Under the pieces are notes generated by a model that was not told the origin of the DNA, searched no databases, and saw only the letters and a program-made list of their open reading frames with translations. From the NCBI RefSeq assembly GCF_009914755.1, contig NC_060936.1: a DNA stretch of 64,000 nt. One strand, written 5' to 3'. Of the stretch, positions 16,063 through 34,134 are shown in pieces (within the stretch, counting starts at the first letter, position 1; every line of letters starts with the position of its first letter). Source of the DNA: the human T2T-CHM13v2.0 reference genome, Homo sapiens. The position numbers and the translations under genes are program-made.

Positions 16063-16748
16063 GTTCTTGATGCTGTGGTCATTCCAAACTCAGTCGCCAT
16101 TTCTGTCTGGGGTTTAGCAGACCTGCAGAATCAGAACAGGCCCTTTCCTTAGGTAAAAATGTATTATAAAGAAGGAAACTCAAGTAGTGCTTTCCCTTTT
16201 TCCCTTCCAACTATGACTGATTTTGATTGCTCTCCAGAGCCTTCAAGTAATAGTTGTTTTGTATATTTTTGACTAGAGTTTATAAATACATCTGTGTCTG
16301 ATAGAACTACTCCACTATTTAACAGAAGCAGAACTCTACCTCTTAATCATTTAAATGGTGACCTAATGTTAAGGAATTCATATTTGGTGCTTTGTTACCA
16401 TAATTCTCTTACCAATCACTAATTAAATATTTTTGGCTCTGAAATATTTAGCTGATATAGCCAACTTGATCTCCCATTTCTTTAAGAAAAAACTAGTTAC
16501 CTAATACTATCATTGTTTAGATGAAAAAGCATTTGGAAGACTTATTTTTCTGGGTCTCTTAATAGAATTTTTATTTTAAACTATCATAGCCCTGCTTACT
16601 AAAAGTATTATTAACCTTTAGTGTTACTGAATCTTAGTATGCTAAATTTGATATTCCCATCTCCAGTCATGTTAGAATTTAATGGAATTCTTCAAAGCAA
16701 CAAACTCCTATCATTGATAACTTGTTTGGTATACTTTGCTTTTTCTAG

Positions 16749-16969
16749 GTATCTGAAAAGGTTTAAAGTGATGAAGATCAAAGTTCTAAGAAGCTGGTGC
16801 CGTCAGATCCTTAAAGGTCTTCAGTTTCTTCATACTCGAACTCCACCTATCATTCACCGCGATCTTAAATGTGACAACATCTTTATCACCGGCCCTACTG
16901 GCTCAGTCAAGATTGGAGACCTCGGTCTGGCAACCCTGAAGCGGGCTTCTTTTGCCAAGAGTGTGATAG
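16749..16969 (+). CDS. WNK1: WNK1 exon 3 (catalytic loop [11 protein letters not shown] motif, activation loop)
   Basis: ttctag|GTAT...ATAG|gtatgt; 221 nt; [74 protein letters not shown]; contains the WNK chloride-binding DLG motif and S378/S382. Confidence 0.99.
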
Positions 16970-17183
16970 GTATGTTTCAGGTGTACCTTGGAGCCTGACT
17001 GGCTTTCTGACATTCCTTTTATTTAGAATCCTGGCTCTGTCAGAGTTTTAAGTGATATAAACCTTAAGAAATTCATAGCTTGAACTCAGGAGGTGATCCA
17101 TTGTACTTATGAGATATAGGATTCTCTATATTTGTGCTTCTTGGAATCATCTTAGAGACTATTGGTAACATTACGTTACAAGA

Positions 17184-17189
17184 AATAAA
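17184..17189 (+). terminator. Candidate intronic polyadenylation signal in intron 3
   Basis: AATAAA 186 nt after the read-through stop (16998), UGUA upstream (17102) and a (GTT)n GU-rich tract at 17225-17250. Confidence 0.55.
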
Positions 17190-17193
17190 GTGA

Positions 17194-17533
<340 letters not shown>

Positions 17534-17674
17534 GCCATCTTTTCATTACACACTGTTGATACTTAACATTATACACTATTTATTTAATACATACAGTATT
17601 GTCACTTCATGAAAGAAATGGAATTTATATTTAGTTTTACTTTCTAAAATTAAAAGATAAAAATTAAATTTTTA

Positions 17675-18117
<443 letters not shown>

Positions 18118-18141
18118 TCAGAATTTATGATCTATCTAAAA

Positions 18142-18373
18142 GAGTGTTTCTCAACCTCAATACTACTGAGATTTGGGGTTGGACAATTCTTTGTTGCAAG
18201 GGGCTGTCTTGTACGTTGTAAGACTCTGGGGCAGCATTCCCAGCCTCTACCCACTAGATACCAGTAGCACGCTCCCTCTGTACCTGCCTTCTAGTTGTTA
18301 TAACCAAAAGTGTGTCCAGACATTGCTATATATGGCCCCTAGAAGACAAAATTGCCCCCTGTTGAGAATCACT
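18142..18373. mobile_element. MER20-like hAT-Charlie fossil
   Basis: GTTTCTCAACCTC...ACAATTCTTTGTTG...GTGTCCAGACATTGC...GTTGAGAATCACT. Confidence 0.8.
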
Positions 18374-19706
18374 TATCTAAAGAACAAGGCTGTCCCTTTC
18401 AGACTTTATATGTTAGAAACTCAAAGCTGGAAAAATAATTTAATGCCTATTTTGATAAGCTTTCACTCTATGAAGAGGATATCACAATTTAAAAACTTGA
18501 GGTCTTCATAAACATTCTATTTACTCCCTCCAAAAGGTGACAATAACAAAAGAAACCCATTAATTTTTAAGTGAACTTGGATACTGAGTATTACTAGGAA
18601 AAACACAGAACACCAGTTATTTGTACATCTTTCAAAAACAGTGTTCTCCTTGGAATATTATGTAACTAGGGTTAGGAATGCTTTCACATTTTCTTATAAT
18701 ACATTCACAAGAAGAATGGGAAAAGTGTCATTTAAAGCTGAATTTCTTTTTTTGCCTTCTTCACAGGAAACATTTCTTTGATTGTCTTTGGCATCCTGAA
18801 ATCTCTGGCCCAATAGAGTTTTTATTTTCTTTGTTGATTAAATGATAGTGTGCATGCCTGTTTCTTGGAAATGCCTAATAATTTGAGGTATGCAGACCTA
18901 ATTTTCTGGAAGCATTACAAAACCTAGTCTTGTGGGATCACACACTGTGCTCATAAATCAGTCTGTATTTGGGTTCTATATTTGTGTGTGTGTGTTTGTC
19001 TTTTTGCCTGTAGGATGTCCCTCACTACATTTCTTGTGTCTGTAGTAGGCTTATTTGTGTACTGCAGGTGGGATGGTAAGTATGTGAAGAAAAGGGCTCT
19101 GGTGAGTGGCCTTTGGAGACAATTACGTTTTATTTCATTTTTTAAAAAATGTATTGAATATCGGGTTTTTCACTGCAAGGCCTTCTTAAAAAGTGAAACT
19201 AATTAGATTGAGTGTTAATGCCAAGAGTGTAGCTGTAAATATTAACCCTACAGCTACCATACATTAGTGGGCACACAAGTATTTTGATCTTTTTAAACCC
19301 ATCATCTTATCTTACAGATGTACCATTATATTTGCTTTGTTCCTTGCATAGTGTCTTTCCTTTTCCTTCTATTTGTTTTCAATATGAATTATATTAGTTT
19401 ATTATCTTAGCCAAGGTTTTATTTTGGCATATTGTATAAAGAAATTCAATTTACACAGTAAATCAATAAATAGATCCTTGACCTTATTCCAGTTTCATAT
19501 AAAGGCCTTGCAGTGGAAGATCTTTTATGAGATATTTGATGGAACAGACTGACTGAGAAGATTTCCTTCCTCTTTTCTCCCCCTTTCCTTTTTTCTCCCC
19601 ATTCCAATTTCTTCTCTCTCACAGGTCAACCCCTCTGCTTCTCACCCCGGTGAGTAACGTCTGAAGCTTCTGCTCGCATTGAGTCTGAATCGTTCTTTTA
19701 ATTTAA

Positions 19707-19889
<183 letters not shown>

Positions 19890-20953
19890 TGAACTTGGGG
19901 CATATCTAACAAAGAATCCCAAGGTGGATGACATCAAACCATGTAAAAGAGGACAATAGTGGAAGGCATACTGAGTGAACTGTTGGGGTTGGGGGGGTGG
20001 TGTTGAGGTATGTGTAAGTCTATTGCTCATGATACAGTGAAAGATAAAGATCAAAGAACCACTAGTTTATCCTGTACCCACCTTGCATTCATTTAAATCT
20101 TTATTATGTTTAAAAACACACCCTCATTACCTACTTTTTAACCCCCTATTAATTCAGCTAAACTCCTGTTGTCTCCCACCACATAGGTCAGAGTTAAAAG
20201 TAATGTTTTTAATTCAAGATGCTTTGTCAAATTAATTTGTTCACTGACTTTTCTCTGAATGACTTGAGTTGATTTATTAAATCTTATATATTAGTACCTA
20301 CCATATTTAAGGCATAAATAAATACCTTATTGTAGTTTAAATTACTCATGGTAGTTCATGTCTGCTGACAGAGATATTTTCTACAGCTGTCTAATTGAAA
20401 CCTGAAAGGTAGTTGTTATGATTCATTTTACTTTATCACTACATGCTTCATTATGCTACTCTAAAATACATTTTCTTACATAACCATATTATGCCTGAAA
20501 AAATTAACAATCATTTCTGCATCATCCAATACCCTGAACCTGTTCAGATATTCTCTCCATTGTTTCAAAAATGTCCGTTGACAGTGTTCAAAATAGGCTC
20601 CATCAAGGTCCACAAAATATATTTTATTGTTGTAGTTCTTAATCTAGAACTATTGCTTTTACTTTCTTTTTCTGCATGCATGTCAGAGATTTATTGAGAA
20701 AATTAGATTATTTCGAGGAATGTTCCACATTCTGAATTTTCCTCGTGGTGTCATTTAACTAGTTTATTCTTCTATATTTCTGTAAGGAGAAGTTTACCTT
20801 AAAATGGTTGGGGTAGGTTAACAATGTAAAAATAATTTTGTCTTTTTTACTCGCATTCACCCAAGAGTGTACGTTGTTGTTTTCCAGAGGCTATATGATA
20901 CTGCACATATGATATTGCAGCAGAGTACATACAGAAGCATATAAAAGAATTCA

Positions 20954-21361
<408 letters not shown>

Positions 21362-21744
21362 TTAATTTTAAATATATATTTGTAACATAATGAGTTATAA
21401 TTTTTAATGAATTAATATTTTTAAACTTTCTCAGGTTTACCATCTGCCACGGTAAATATTAATAGATGTAACACACATAGTCAAAATCCCTCTGAGGTCC
21501 CCAATAATGTTAATTTTAAGAGTATAAAGGGGTCCTGAGACAAAAGTTTGAGAACCACTGTTCAAAAGTCTTGATAAAATTTAGGCTAAACATTTTTTGC
21601 AAGGATACTTAATATGTGGTGCTGTATATGTTATATTGCACCGAGAAGCTCATAGTATCTCATTATTTCATTTTTAGTGATGTAATTTAATTGAATTTTG
21701 ATATAGAAGATGTAATTATCAATTGCTTATTTAGATTTTGATAG

Positions 21745-22066
<322 letters not shown>

Positions 22067-24741
22067 AGAAATGTTTATTATTAAAAACTGATAGGAAACA
22101 TTTTGCTTTAGGTAGACCAAATTTTACCTCTTCATAAAGGCTTGGGAGAAATCTTTGGAGTCAAAGATTAATTATAATTATTTATTGCTGTGAATATTCC
22201 TTCAATATCCTTGTTGTATATTTGTATGTGATTCTGTTGTTGATGGATATGGAGCTACTTTGGACAATTAGTTTAATTTCATATGAAGTTTGAGGTTTCA
22301 TACCCAGTAAAAATGACAGCTATTGTTTATGGAGAAAGTGTGTAACTCTCAAGTTACTTCTGGCTTTGTAATTGGGATGGTATTTTGTCAGTTATTATTA
22401 TTAGGTGTATGTCTACAAGTGTCTGGCCTGAGGCCTTACTGTTAAATTTATTAACCTCTTCTTAATACTCACCCAGATTCTAATACACAATATAATTGTA
22501 ATCCCTGAAGCACTGACTCTCAATTTGGGCTGAATGGGGGCAGGAGAAATTTTTTTATGCCTTCAGATGATTCTGATAAGTACCCTAATCATTATTCTAC
22601 ATTTATGCCCTTAGAAAGCTCATCTGCTTTGCCTTTCAGAGTTCTGTATCATCATTCCCAGTTCATGTCTCTTATTATTCCCCTTTCTTCCCCTGATGCG
22701 TTGTAATTTACATTCTCTCTTTTTTTTTTTCCTTTGAGCATAGGGTCGACTGTTTATTGGGTAATTTCCTCCTTTATTTTGTTTAAAATTGTAGAAAACT
22801 TAAGAGGTATATTTGATTTCTTGTTTTTTACTCGCTGCTTCCACTACTTCCAGTTTATAAGGTTCTTGCTTCAGAATACCTCTTCGATGCAAGCCTTCTT
22901 CATTCCCATTGCCACAACTCTGATTTCACATCTTCCTTACTGCACACCTTGCATTATATTCCAGAAGTAATTTACATTGTGAATTTATTTTTTTATTTCA
23001 CTTAAACTTGTTGAGCTTTCTTGCTATCCTTTCTTGGTATAAGGAACTTAAGATACCAGTTTGCTGATATCAGAGCAAGTACAAATTCTTAATCTTTGCT
23101 ATTCTTCATCTTCATCCAAGCACTCTATTTTAGTTAAATCAGTTCTCTTCATTATCTCGCACATATGCCACATCCTTTCCTGTATTCCTATCCATTTGTA
23201 AATGTTATATAATACTGTACCTCCACTATAAGCTTTTCTGCTATCCAGTCAATCCATATACTTAACGGTCTTCCTCCATGACATTTTATCTGATTGGTTT
23301 CACTGTATAATGATCTTTGCCTTTTCTGAGCTGATTCTTCTCAATTGATATGAATGATAAAATTTTGTTTATTAGTGGTTATTCTACTTATAAATTCATA
23401 AATTCAATTAATGTACTTGCTTATTATTTTTATTGCTTTATATTCCTTAAAATATTTTAATCTAGTACATCTGTATAATTTCATCCTTATCTGTAGCACT
23501 ATCCTAAATACAAAATAAATCTCAGTGCCAGTAAATGCAACATTTTCTGAATCCCTGCTATGTCCCATGCCCAGAGCTTGATACTAAGTAAAGGTGAATA
23601 ATCATATTCCCTGTCTTCAGAAAACTACCTCTAATATAGAAGATTAATATGTAAACAAAGAATTATAATTACATTATGGTGAGTATTGTAATGGAGACAA
23701 GCACTAAGGAGAGTGGAGGAACAATGGATAACCCTGCTATGGATTAGGGAAGATTTCACAAAAAGAGCTGTTGTATGAACTGTCAAAAAGAGAAGGTAGA
23801 AGAATGGTGAGAGGCCATTCTAAGAAGCAGGAATAGGATTTACATGAATGCTGAGATGCCAAACACCGTAGTACAATGGAAGGAAAGGCAAATTGATCAA
23901 ATAGAGTGAAGCTGTTGTCTTGGACAAATCAATTTTTGATCCAAGGACAAATCAATTGCTACTTAGTTTCTCCTGCTCCCAAATCCTGTCTCATCTCAGA
24001 GCAGAGAGTTTCCGGTTGGTAATTAAGAGGCAAACTTCTGACTGCTGATATGTGTTTTTACTGCTATTATATTGTTGTATTTTAATGGTGAAAGAGACTT
24101 TATCTGTTTATAGGCTTTTGGAAGGAGCAAGAGGAAGAGAGAGAGAAGTAGAAATCATGGTGGGTGGTGGTGGATAGGGTAGAGTAATATCCAGGATTCA
24201 ATGGGCTTGTGACATGGTATAATGGTAAGTCTTGATAGGGAAGGTTTTCTCCTGAGGTAAGGGAAGCAAGATGGGTTTTGGAAGCAAAGTCTTGGGTTCA
24301 CATCCTTGCCCTAGTTATTGCCATACGATCTTGAGCAATTCACTTAATTTCTCTGTACTTCAATTATTTTGTTCTCTGTAAAAGAGATACTATTACCCTC
24401 TTACAGATTGCTTAGCACAGTAGATAGTACTGGTACTGATAGTAGGCTGTGGTTATTGTCTATGAAATATGAGTTGTCATCTTCTTGGGGGTGTGTGTAG
24501 AATGAAAGATGGCCTTTAAGGATGATAAAGGCTTAAAATAACATCTATGAAACTTTGAACTGATTAGGAAATAATAATTGTGAAGCAGCACCAGGCATCC
24601 AGAATCTTCCTTTTTAGTATTGATAAACACTATTATGTAAACAATGAATATATTGTTTGTACGCGTGTCTATGTGTATGCAAGTGGAAAAGGGCAAATTT
24701 TTACCTATTACATACTTCTTTCTTGTGAATAACCAATAATA

Positions 24742-25060
24742 GGCTGGGCCTGTAGGCTCACGCCTGTAATCCCAGCACTTTGGGAAGCCGAGGTAGGCAG
24801 ATTGCTTGAGCTCAGGAGTTCAAGACTAGCCTGGGCAACATGATGAAACATTATCTCTACAAAAAATACAAAAATTAGTTGGCCGTGGTGGTGCATAGTT
24901 GGCTGTGGTGATGCATGCCTGTAGTCCCAGCCACTGGGAGGCTGAGGTAGAAGGATCGCCTGAGCCGGGGAGGTGGAGGTTGCAGTGAGCCTAGATTGTG
25001 CCATTGCACTCGAGCCTGGACAATAGAGTGAAAGCCTGTCTTAAAAAAACAACAAAAAAA
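24742..25060 (+). mobile_element. Alu (AluJ-like) with 20-bp internal duplication
   Basis: Alu consensus; TAGTTGGCYGTGGTGRTGCA twice. Confidence 0.9.
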
Positions 25061-25368
25061 CCCACAATAGCTTAGATTGCTAAAGTAGTCCTCAGTTTTC
25101 TATATTCTGAATTCTGTGTATCAGGGTTTGAAGAATAGAATAGAAGTTATTGACATAAATGAGTTAGGTTTCATAGGAGAAAAGTTAATTTTACTTGGTG
25201 TATTTTCTACTGAATAAGTTTCATCTGTGTATTTGTGAATATTTATTAATTATAAACTGTGACCAAGCACTATACTAGGTATTGGGGATATACCAAGTCA
25301 AAAAGTTGTGCCTCACCTGGAGTTTACATTCAGTTTTGTTAAAAAAAAAAAAATGTTGATAGAAGTCA

Positions 25369-25771
<403 letters not shown>

Positions 25772-26727
25772 TCATTTCTTTTTGCCCGAAATGTATGACT
25801 AGGTACTAATACAATCTGACTTTTTTATTAAAACATGTAATGAAGTAATTAGGGAGGAAATATAAGCCAGTAGATTCAAAACTGAGGGGAAAAATAACAA
25901 AAGTTGTAGTGGATCAAAGTAGATTTGTAGATCAACATGCTATATGAGTGATATTGCTAAACAGTAACAGGTGTTTCTGTTATGTGACTCCTGAGCCTTA
26001 ATTTCCTCATATGATTATGGTAGTCATAACTGCCAGGCCTACTAAGGTTGCGAAAAACAAATCTGTTGAAATTATATAAGAAAGTACATTTGAAAAAGTT
26101 GAGAAATATATTTGTTGTATTTGACATATAACTAGATTGACTCTGAAATGTCTTCTATCTCAATAGATTCTTGATGTTTCAGAAGGGTTTGACTTAGGCT
26201 TTCTGCTACAAAAGATTGGGAGGATAGTAGCACTAACTGGCTTTCTTAAGTGTAATGAGGCTCATATTTGCACAGAAGTTACAAAATCTGTGATTGTGAT
26301 ATATTCAAGGAATTTTATTTTTAAAAATGCCTCCAACTTTTCAATAAAAAAGTAAATAGATGGCAAATTATTCTGTGTAGAGATGAATATCTAGATATTA
26401 AAACTTAAAAGTATGATTCTGATTACATAATCAAGTCATAGGCTTTCAGTAGTCCTTAAAGTCTGCTTTCTATCCTTCAGTGAATTTTTGAAGTTTGTTT
26501 ATAGAATATTTTGTGCTTATCATATTAAATATTAGAAGACCTTTGGGGACTTGATTGATTCTCTGCATGGCATAATGTGCCAAGTCAGAGTATTAATCAG
26601 AAATATTTTTTTTTTGTATGTGCATACTAAAAATGTACATTTAGGTTTTTTTCTATCAGTGTTACTGAATATATTATATACTTACCCATCTAAAGTGTAT
26701 AATTCACTGGTTTTAGCATCTTCACAG

Positions 26728-27485
<758 letters not shown>

Positions 27486-27787
27486 ACAGGTATGTGCAGC
27501 CATCACCACAGTCAACTTTAGAATAATTTTATCACATGATAAAGATATTCTGCACCCTGTAGCAATCACTTTTCTATACAAACATTCCCCCCACTCCTGT
27601 GCAACCCCTAATCTGTTTATGTCACTATAGGTTTTTCTATTCTGGACATTTCATCTAAATAGAGTCATTTAATATGTGGTCTTTTATTACTAGCTTCTTT
27701 CACTTTGTATAGTGTTCTCAAGGTTCGTCCATGTTGTAGCAAATGTTCATGCTTCATTCCTCTTTAAGTCTGAGTAGTAATATTCCA

Positions 27788-27815
<28 letters not shown>
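27788..27815. repeat. (TG)n microsatellite
   Basis: About 13-14 GT units. Confidence 0.95.
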
Positions 27816-27819
<4 letters not shown>

Positions 27820-28075
27820 ATAAACACAATTGTTTAGCCATTTATCGATTGGTAGACATTTGGACTGTTCCTACCATTGGCTGTTGTGAATAGAGCTGCT
27901 ATGAAGAATATTCATGTACAAGTTTTTGTTTGAATATCTGTTTTTACTTCCTTTAGATATATACCTAGAAGTGAAATTACCATGTGTATATGCTAATCCT
28001 ATGTTTAACCATTTGAAGAACTGCCAGCCTATTTTCCAATAGCTGTACCATATTACATTCCCACCATCAGTGTAA

Positions 28076-28419
<344 letters not shown>

Positions 28420-28420
28420 T

Positions 28421-28599
28421 GTGTCTTCTGTTCTTAAAAGGACAGCAGTCATTGGGTTAAGGACCCACACTGCTCCTGGATGACTTCATCTTAACTAATT
28501 ACTTAACGAATTTTTTTTCCAAAAAAATTCATATTGTAAGGTACTAGAGATTGGAACCACAACATATCTTTTTGAGGGACACAGTTCAACCCCATAACA
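28421..28599. mobile_element. MLT1-like MaLR LTR fragment
   Basis: AAGGACAGCAGTCATTGGGTTAAGGACCCAC...GGGACACAGTTCAACCCATAACA. Confidence 0.65.
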
Positions 28600-29433
28600 A
28601 TTCATGGGTTCATTCAGCAAATATTCAAGTCTCTTCTATGTTCCAGACTGTTTTCTAGATCCTAGATATTGAATATTATTGTTATGTCAAACACAGTCCC
28701 TGTCTCTAAAGAACTTACCAAGGGAAGGGGAACAAACAAATAAAGCAAACAGTTACAATACAATAGAAAACACTTATTTTAGGGATAGGTACTTAATGAA
28801 AGCATGTAAGAGTGGTACCTAATCAAGTTTGGACAGGTTAGGGATATGGTGTTAAAGAATTAGGGAAAGACTAAGATAGTGTTATATATGAAGATGCATG
28901 ATTTTGAGTATCTTGTCAAGTTTGGAAGTAGGAAAAGGACAAGGCAAGGGATAAGGGACAAAAGGAAAGCTTAGACTTTAATGTAGAGCACTGAGGGGAC
29001 TGTTTTAAAAGTGGGTAGCTATCATGTATGTCAACACCTACAGACTTAAATTTTAGAAAGATTATTTCTGACTGCAGAGTGGAGAATGGATTTCTGAGGA
29101 AAGACTAAATGTTGAAAACTCAGTTAAAAAGGTATTGAAGTAATCTAAGGGAAATGACTAATAGTCTGAAATAAGGAGTTGTAAGAGAGAAGGCCAAAGT
29201 GGATGGATTAGAGAGATTTTGTTTGTGAATTAGATTTGAGCTAACCTCATTTGTTTTTTTCCACTTAACATTTATGAAAATAAATGCTCATGTACATATA
29301 TATACTTAAGATCAAACAATATCAAACCTGATTGTGAGGTTAAATATATAACTTTAGATTTGGGGACTATAAAATTTATAATTTGTATATGAAATGTTTT
29401 ATATATTTTATTTACTAACTTACCAATCATTAC

Positions 29434-29731
29434 TTTTTTTGAGACAGAGTCTTACTCTGTCTTTCAGGCAGGAGTGCATGGTTCAGTCTTGTCTCACTGC
29501 AACCTCCGCCTCCCAGGTTCAAGTGATTTTCCTGCCTCAAGCTTCCTGAGTAGCTGGGATTGCAGGCTCCCACCACCATGCCTGGCTAATTTTTTTTTTT
29601 TTTTTTTTTTAAAGTAGAGATGGAGTTTCACCATGTTGGCCATGCTGCTCTCGAACTCCTGACCTCAAGTGATCCGCCCGCCTCGGCCCCCAAAGTGCTG
29701 GGATTACAGGTGTGAGCCACCACACCTGGCC
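29434..29731 (-). mobile_element. Alu (AluS-like)
   Basis: Antisense Alu consensus. Confidence 0.9.
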
Positions 29732-29751
29732 CATTCTGTCGTATTCTAAAT

Positions 29752-30386
29752 GGAGTAGCAAACTATGCTTCTTGGCCAAATTCAGCCTGGTGCCCATTTT
29801 TGTACAGCCCATGACATAAGTATGGTTTTTGGTTTTGTTTTTAATTTTTTGAGAGAAAGTCTCACTCTGTCACCGAGGCTTGAGTGCAGTGGTACAATCA
29901 TAGCTCTCTGTAGCCTTGAACTTCTGGGCTCAAGTGATCCTCTTGCCTCAGCCTTCTGAATCGCTAGGACTACAGACATGTGCCACCATGTCCAGCTTTT
30001 TTTTTTTTTTGTAGAGGTGGGGTCTCACTATGTTGCCCATGCTGGTCTCAAACTCCTGGCCTCAAGTGATCCTCCTACTTTAGCCTCCCAAAATGCTGGG
30101 ATTACATTTACGAGTACCATGACTGGCTGGTTTTTATATTTTTTAATGTTTGGGGAAAATGTCAAAAGAAGAGTATTTTGTATGATACGAAAACTACATG
30201 AAATTCAAATTTCAGTGTCCATAAATAAGTTTTTCTGGCATACAGCCACACTCACTTGCTTCCATATTATTTATGGCTGTTTTCACACTATAATGGCAGA
30301 GTTGAATAATTGCAACAGACTGTATGATACATACAGCCTACAATATTTACTATTAGGCCCTTAACAGGAAAATTTACTTACTCCTG
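29752..30386. mobile_element. MER58B-like hAT fossil split by an antisense AluJ (approx. 29835-30130)
   Basis: GCAAACTATG..GGCCAAATTCAGCC...GAAATTCAAATTTCAGTGTCCATAAATAAG...AATATTTACTATTAGGCCCTTAACAG. Confidence 0.8.
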
Positions 30387-30774
30387 TGTTAAACATATGT
30401 CACCAGAACTTTGTAAAACATGTTCCCCTGTAGAGTCCTGTAAGAAATTACTGATCTACGAAAGTAGTGGTGATGTTCTTCTATAAGAATGCGTTAGCCT
30501 CTGTATTTGTAAAGACATGAGAATCTTGGTGCAAACAAGTAGCTACTTAACAGGTCAGAAAATGTGTAGGCAGTCTTTTCTCTCTGTTAAGAGTAGAACT
30601 AAAACTTTAACATTTTTATTTGCCAAATGCAAACTCAAAAGCTCAGTTGAGAAGAAAATCTTCTTAAATGAAAGATGTCTTTGATAGTAAGTTTAACAGA
30701 ACCTGGAAAGACTGGTGTCACTGTTTCTGTATTCTCAGTATAGTGTTTAACCTGTTTTCAGTTGTTCAGCAGCT

Positions 30775-31200
30775 TTTGTTTTTTATTAAACTGAGACAAA
30801 AATCATATATCATAAAATTAACCATTTTAACCATTTTTAAGTATACTGTTCACTGGTTTTTAGTATATCCACAATGTTAATGCAGTTATCACTACTAATT
30901 CCAGAACCTTCCCATCATCCCCAAAATGAAGCCCCATACCAGTTAGCAGTCATTTCCCATTCTCCTCTCCAACCCATCCCCTAGCGACCACTAATCTGCT
31001 TTCTGTCTCTGGATTTGATTTTCCTATTCTAGGTATTTCATGTAAATGGAATTATACAATAAGTGGCATTTTGTGTCTGGCTTCTTTCACTTAGCAAAAT
31101 GTTTGCAAGGTACATCCATGTGGTAGCATGTATCAGTACTTTTTAATAGTTAAATAATATTCTATTGCATATATATACTACATTTTGTTCTATTCAGCAG
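30775..31200 (-). mobile_element. L1MB-like 3' end fragment
   Basis: CACTAATCTGCTTTCTGTCTCT...GGCTTCTTTCACTTAGCA...CATCCATGTGGTAGCATGTATCAGTACT. Confidence 0.7.
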
Positions 31201-31301
31201 GTTTTATTTCCCTTTAGTTCTTTAGTTTCTTCCTCTTTTTCTCAATGTTAAACTGCTTGACTCTATAGCTGCCTCTTAATCTGGAGAGAGATTGAGAACA
31301 A

Positions 31302-31677
31302 TGTTTTAGTCCATTTGGGCTGCTATATCAAAAATGCCATAAACTAGGTGGCATATAAACAACAACCATTTATTTCTCACAGTTCTGAAGGCTGGAAAGC
31401 CCAAGATCAGGTGCCATCAGATTTGGTATCTAGTGAGGTTCTGTTCCTCATAGACCGGACTTTCTCGTGTCATTTTCACATGGTGAAAGAGTCAAAAAGC
31501 TCCCTCCGGACTCATATTATAAGGGCAGTAATCCATTTCACGGTTCTGCCCTCATGACCTGATCTGCTCTCATGACCTGATCACCTCCCAAAGACCTTCA
31601 CCTCTTAATACTATCTCATTGGACGTTAGATTTCAACATAAAAATTTTAGGGGGACACAAACATTCAGACTATAGCA
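31302..31677. mobile_element. MLT1A/MST-like MaLR solo LTR
   Basis: TGTTTTAGTCCATTTGGGCTGCTAT...TTTATTTCTCACAGTTCTG...AAACATTCAGACTATAGCA. Confidence 0.8.
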
Positions 31678-31980
31678 TACATGAAGGAGGAAATATAGAG
31701 TGTCTTAAAAGGTATTGTCCTAGAGCTAGGTTTATTATATCGTTGTTTGTATTCATTGTGCACAGCACACCGTAGGCACTCATTAATATTTTGAAGAATA
31801 AATGATTCAAAGTAATGTCAAATATAGTCAAAATCAGACATTATGTATATTTGGGAGAGTTGTATTTACTCTGTGAAAGAGAAGTGAAATTTGAGGTGAC
31901 CTTCAGAATTATCCTACTAAAATGAAGTTGAATAGCAGCAAGTAGAAACTGATGTACCTATAAAAGCAATATATTTTATA

Positions 31981-32021
31981 TTAATGGCAAAAAACACAAT
32001 TACTTTTGCATGAACCTAATA
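31981..32021. mobile_element. MADE1 (Hsmar1 MITE) half element
   Basis: TTAATGGCAAAAAACACAATTACTTTTGCATGAACCTAATA resembles the mariner TIR. Confidence 0.7.
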
Positions 32022-32607
32022 GAATAGGAAAAACTATTTGGTGCAAATAAAGCAGAAAACAATAATAGGTAGAAAGGCTATCCCAGGACTAGAAAGGCTC
32101 TTCTGTAGGTTCTCAAATCTCAGTTGTAATTTCTGAACAACTAGTTTAACTCTTTCCATTATGGGGCTAGGTCTGTATTTTATTTTATTTTATTTTTTTA
32201 GGTATTTCCCCTTAATTTTTACCCTATAATTACTACTCTCACTTTGTTCTTTCTTCCCTGAGACTTCATAGGGCAGACCAAATTGTAATTTCCCTTGGTG
32301 TAGTCCCTAAAATGTTTCAAGACAGTTTTTCTAATGTTAGGAGTCCTTTTTTGTCAAGACCCATCATTGTCAATTTGTAAAACTTGTTCCTTTGAATTTC
32401 TTGAGGGAAGGGGCTTATATGCATTATTGGAAGAGGGAGATGCTCAGCAACTGTTTTCTTGATCTTCAGGAGGTTACATAAGAAGGAAGAGAAACTGTAA
32501 TTGAACATAAGAACTTGGCAACATTGTATAATATTGCAGAGGCCTTGGTGGTAAAGGTTTGAGATTCTGTCATCTGAGAATTTTTGAGAAGGGACCAAGA
32601 CAGCTAA

Positions 32608-32944
<337 letters not shown>

Positions 32945-32964
32945 TGATTAGTTCAGCATGGTAT

Positions 32965-33575
32965 CAGTAATCCTTTACACTCTTTAAAGTTATTGAGGAC
33001 CCCAAAGAGCTTTTATTTACTTGTGTTCTATCTACTTTACCGTATTATAAATTAAAATAGAATTTGCAAAAGCATTTAAAAATGATAAATAACATAAGCC
33101 CTGTATATGTTGGTATCAATAACATTTTTATGACAAATAACTATTTTCCAAAACAAAATTTAAAAACTTATTGAGAAGAGGGGCATTTCCACATTTTTGC
33201 AAATCTAATGTCTAGTCTAAAAGAAGATTGCTAAATTCTCATATCTGCTTTTCTGTTCAGTCTGTTACAATATGCTGTTTGGGTTGAAGTATATGAAGAA
33301 AATCTGGCCTCATGCAGATATGTAGTTGCAAAAGGAAATACTTTATAGACCACAAGAAAGGATATTGAGGACCCTGAAGGGTCTTTATACCACACCTTTG
33401 AGAACCACAGTTTTAGCAAACCAACCATGCAAAGTGCAGTCCTCAGACCAACAGAATCAGCATCTCAGGGTGCTTGTATTTAGTGTAAAATTTTGGCCCC
33501 ATTCCAGGCCTGTTAAAATCTGCATTTTACATAGTCCAAGGGTGATTCATATGTACATTAAAGTTTGAGAAGTAT
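32965..33575. mobile_element. Charlie1-like fragment followed by MER5-like fossil
   Basis: TTATTGAGGACCCCAAAGAGCTTTT...CTTTGAGAACCAC; AATCTGCATTTTAC...GGTGATTCATATGTACATTAAAGTTTGAGAA. Confidence 0.6.
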
Positions 33576-33764
33576 GAGCTGGGTCAGTAATCCCTTAAGG
33601 TCTTTTTCAGTTCCATGTACCTTTATTTGGTTAATTAAATAAAAAGTAGGCTATATAGTATAATACCAAAATGTTATTTAAATAAACTATTGTTCAGTCA
33701 TTCATGTAAACTTTTAAGTAGCATTATAAGTAACCAATTTGACTTAAAAATTATATTATTATAG

Positions 33765-34134
<370 letters not shown>
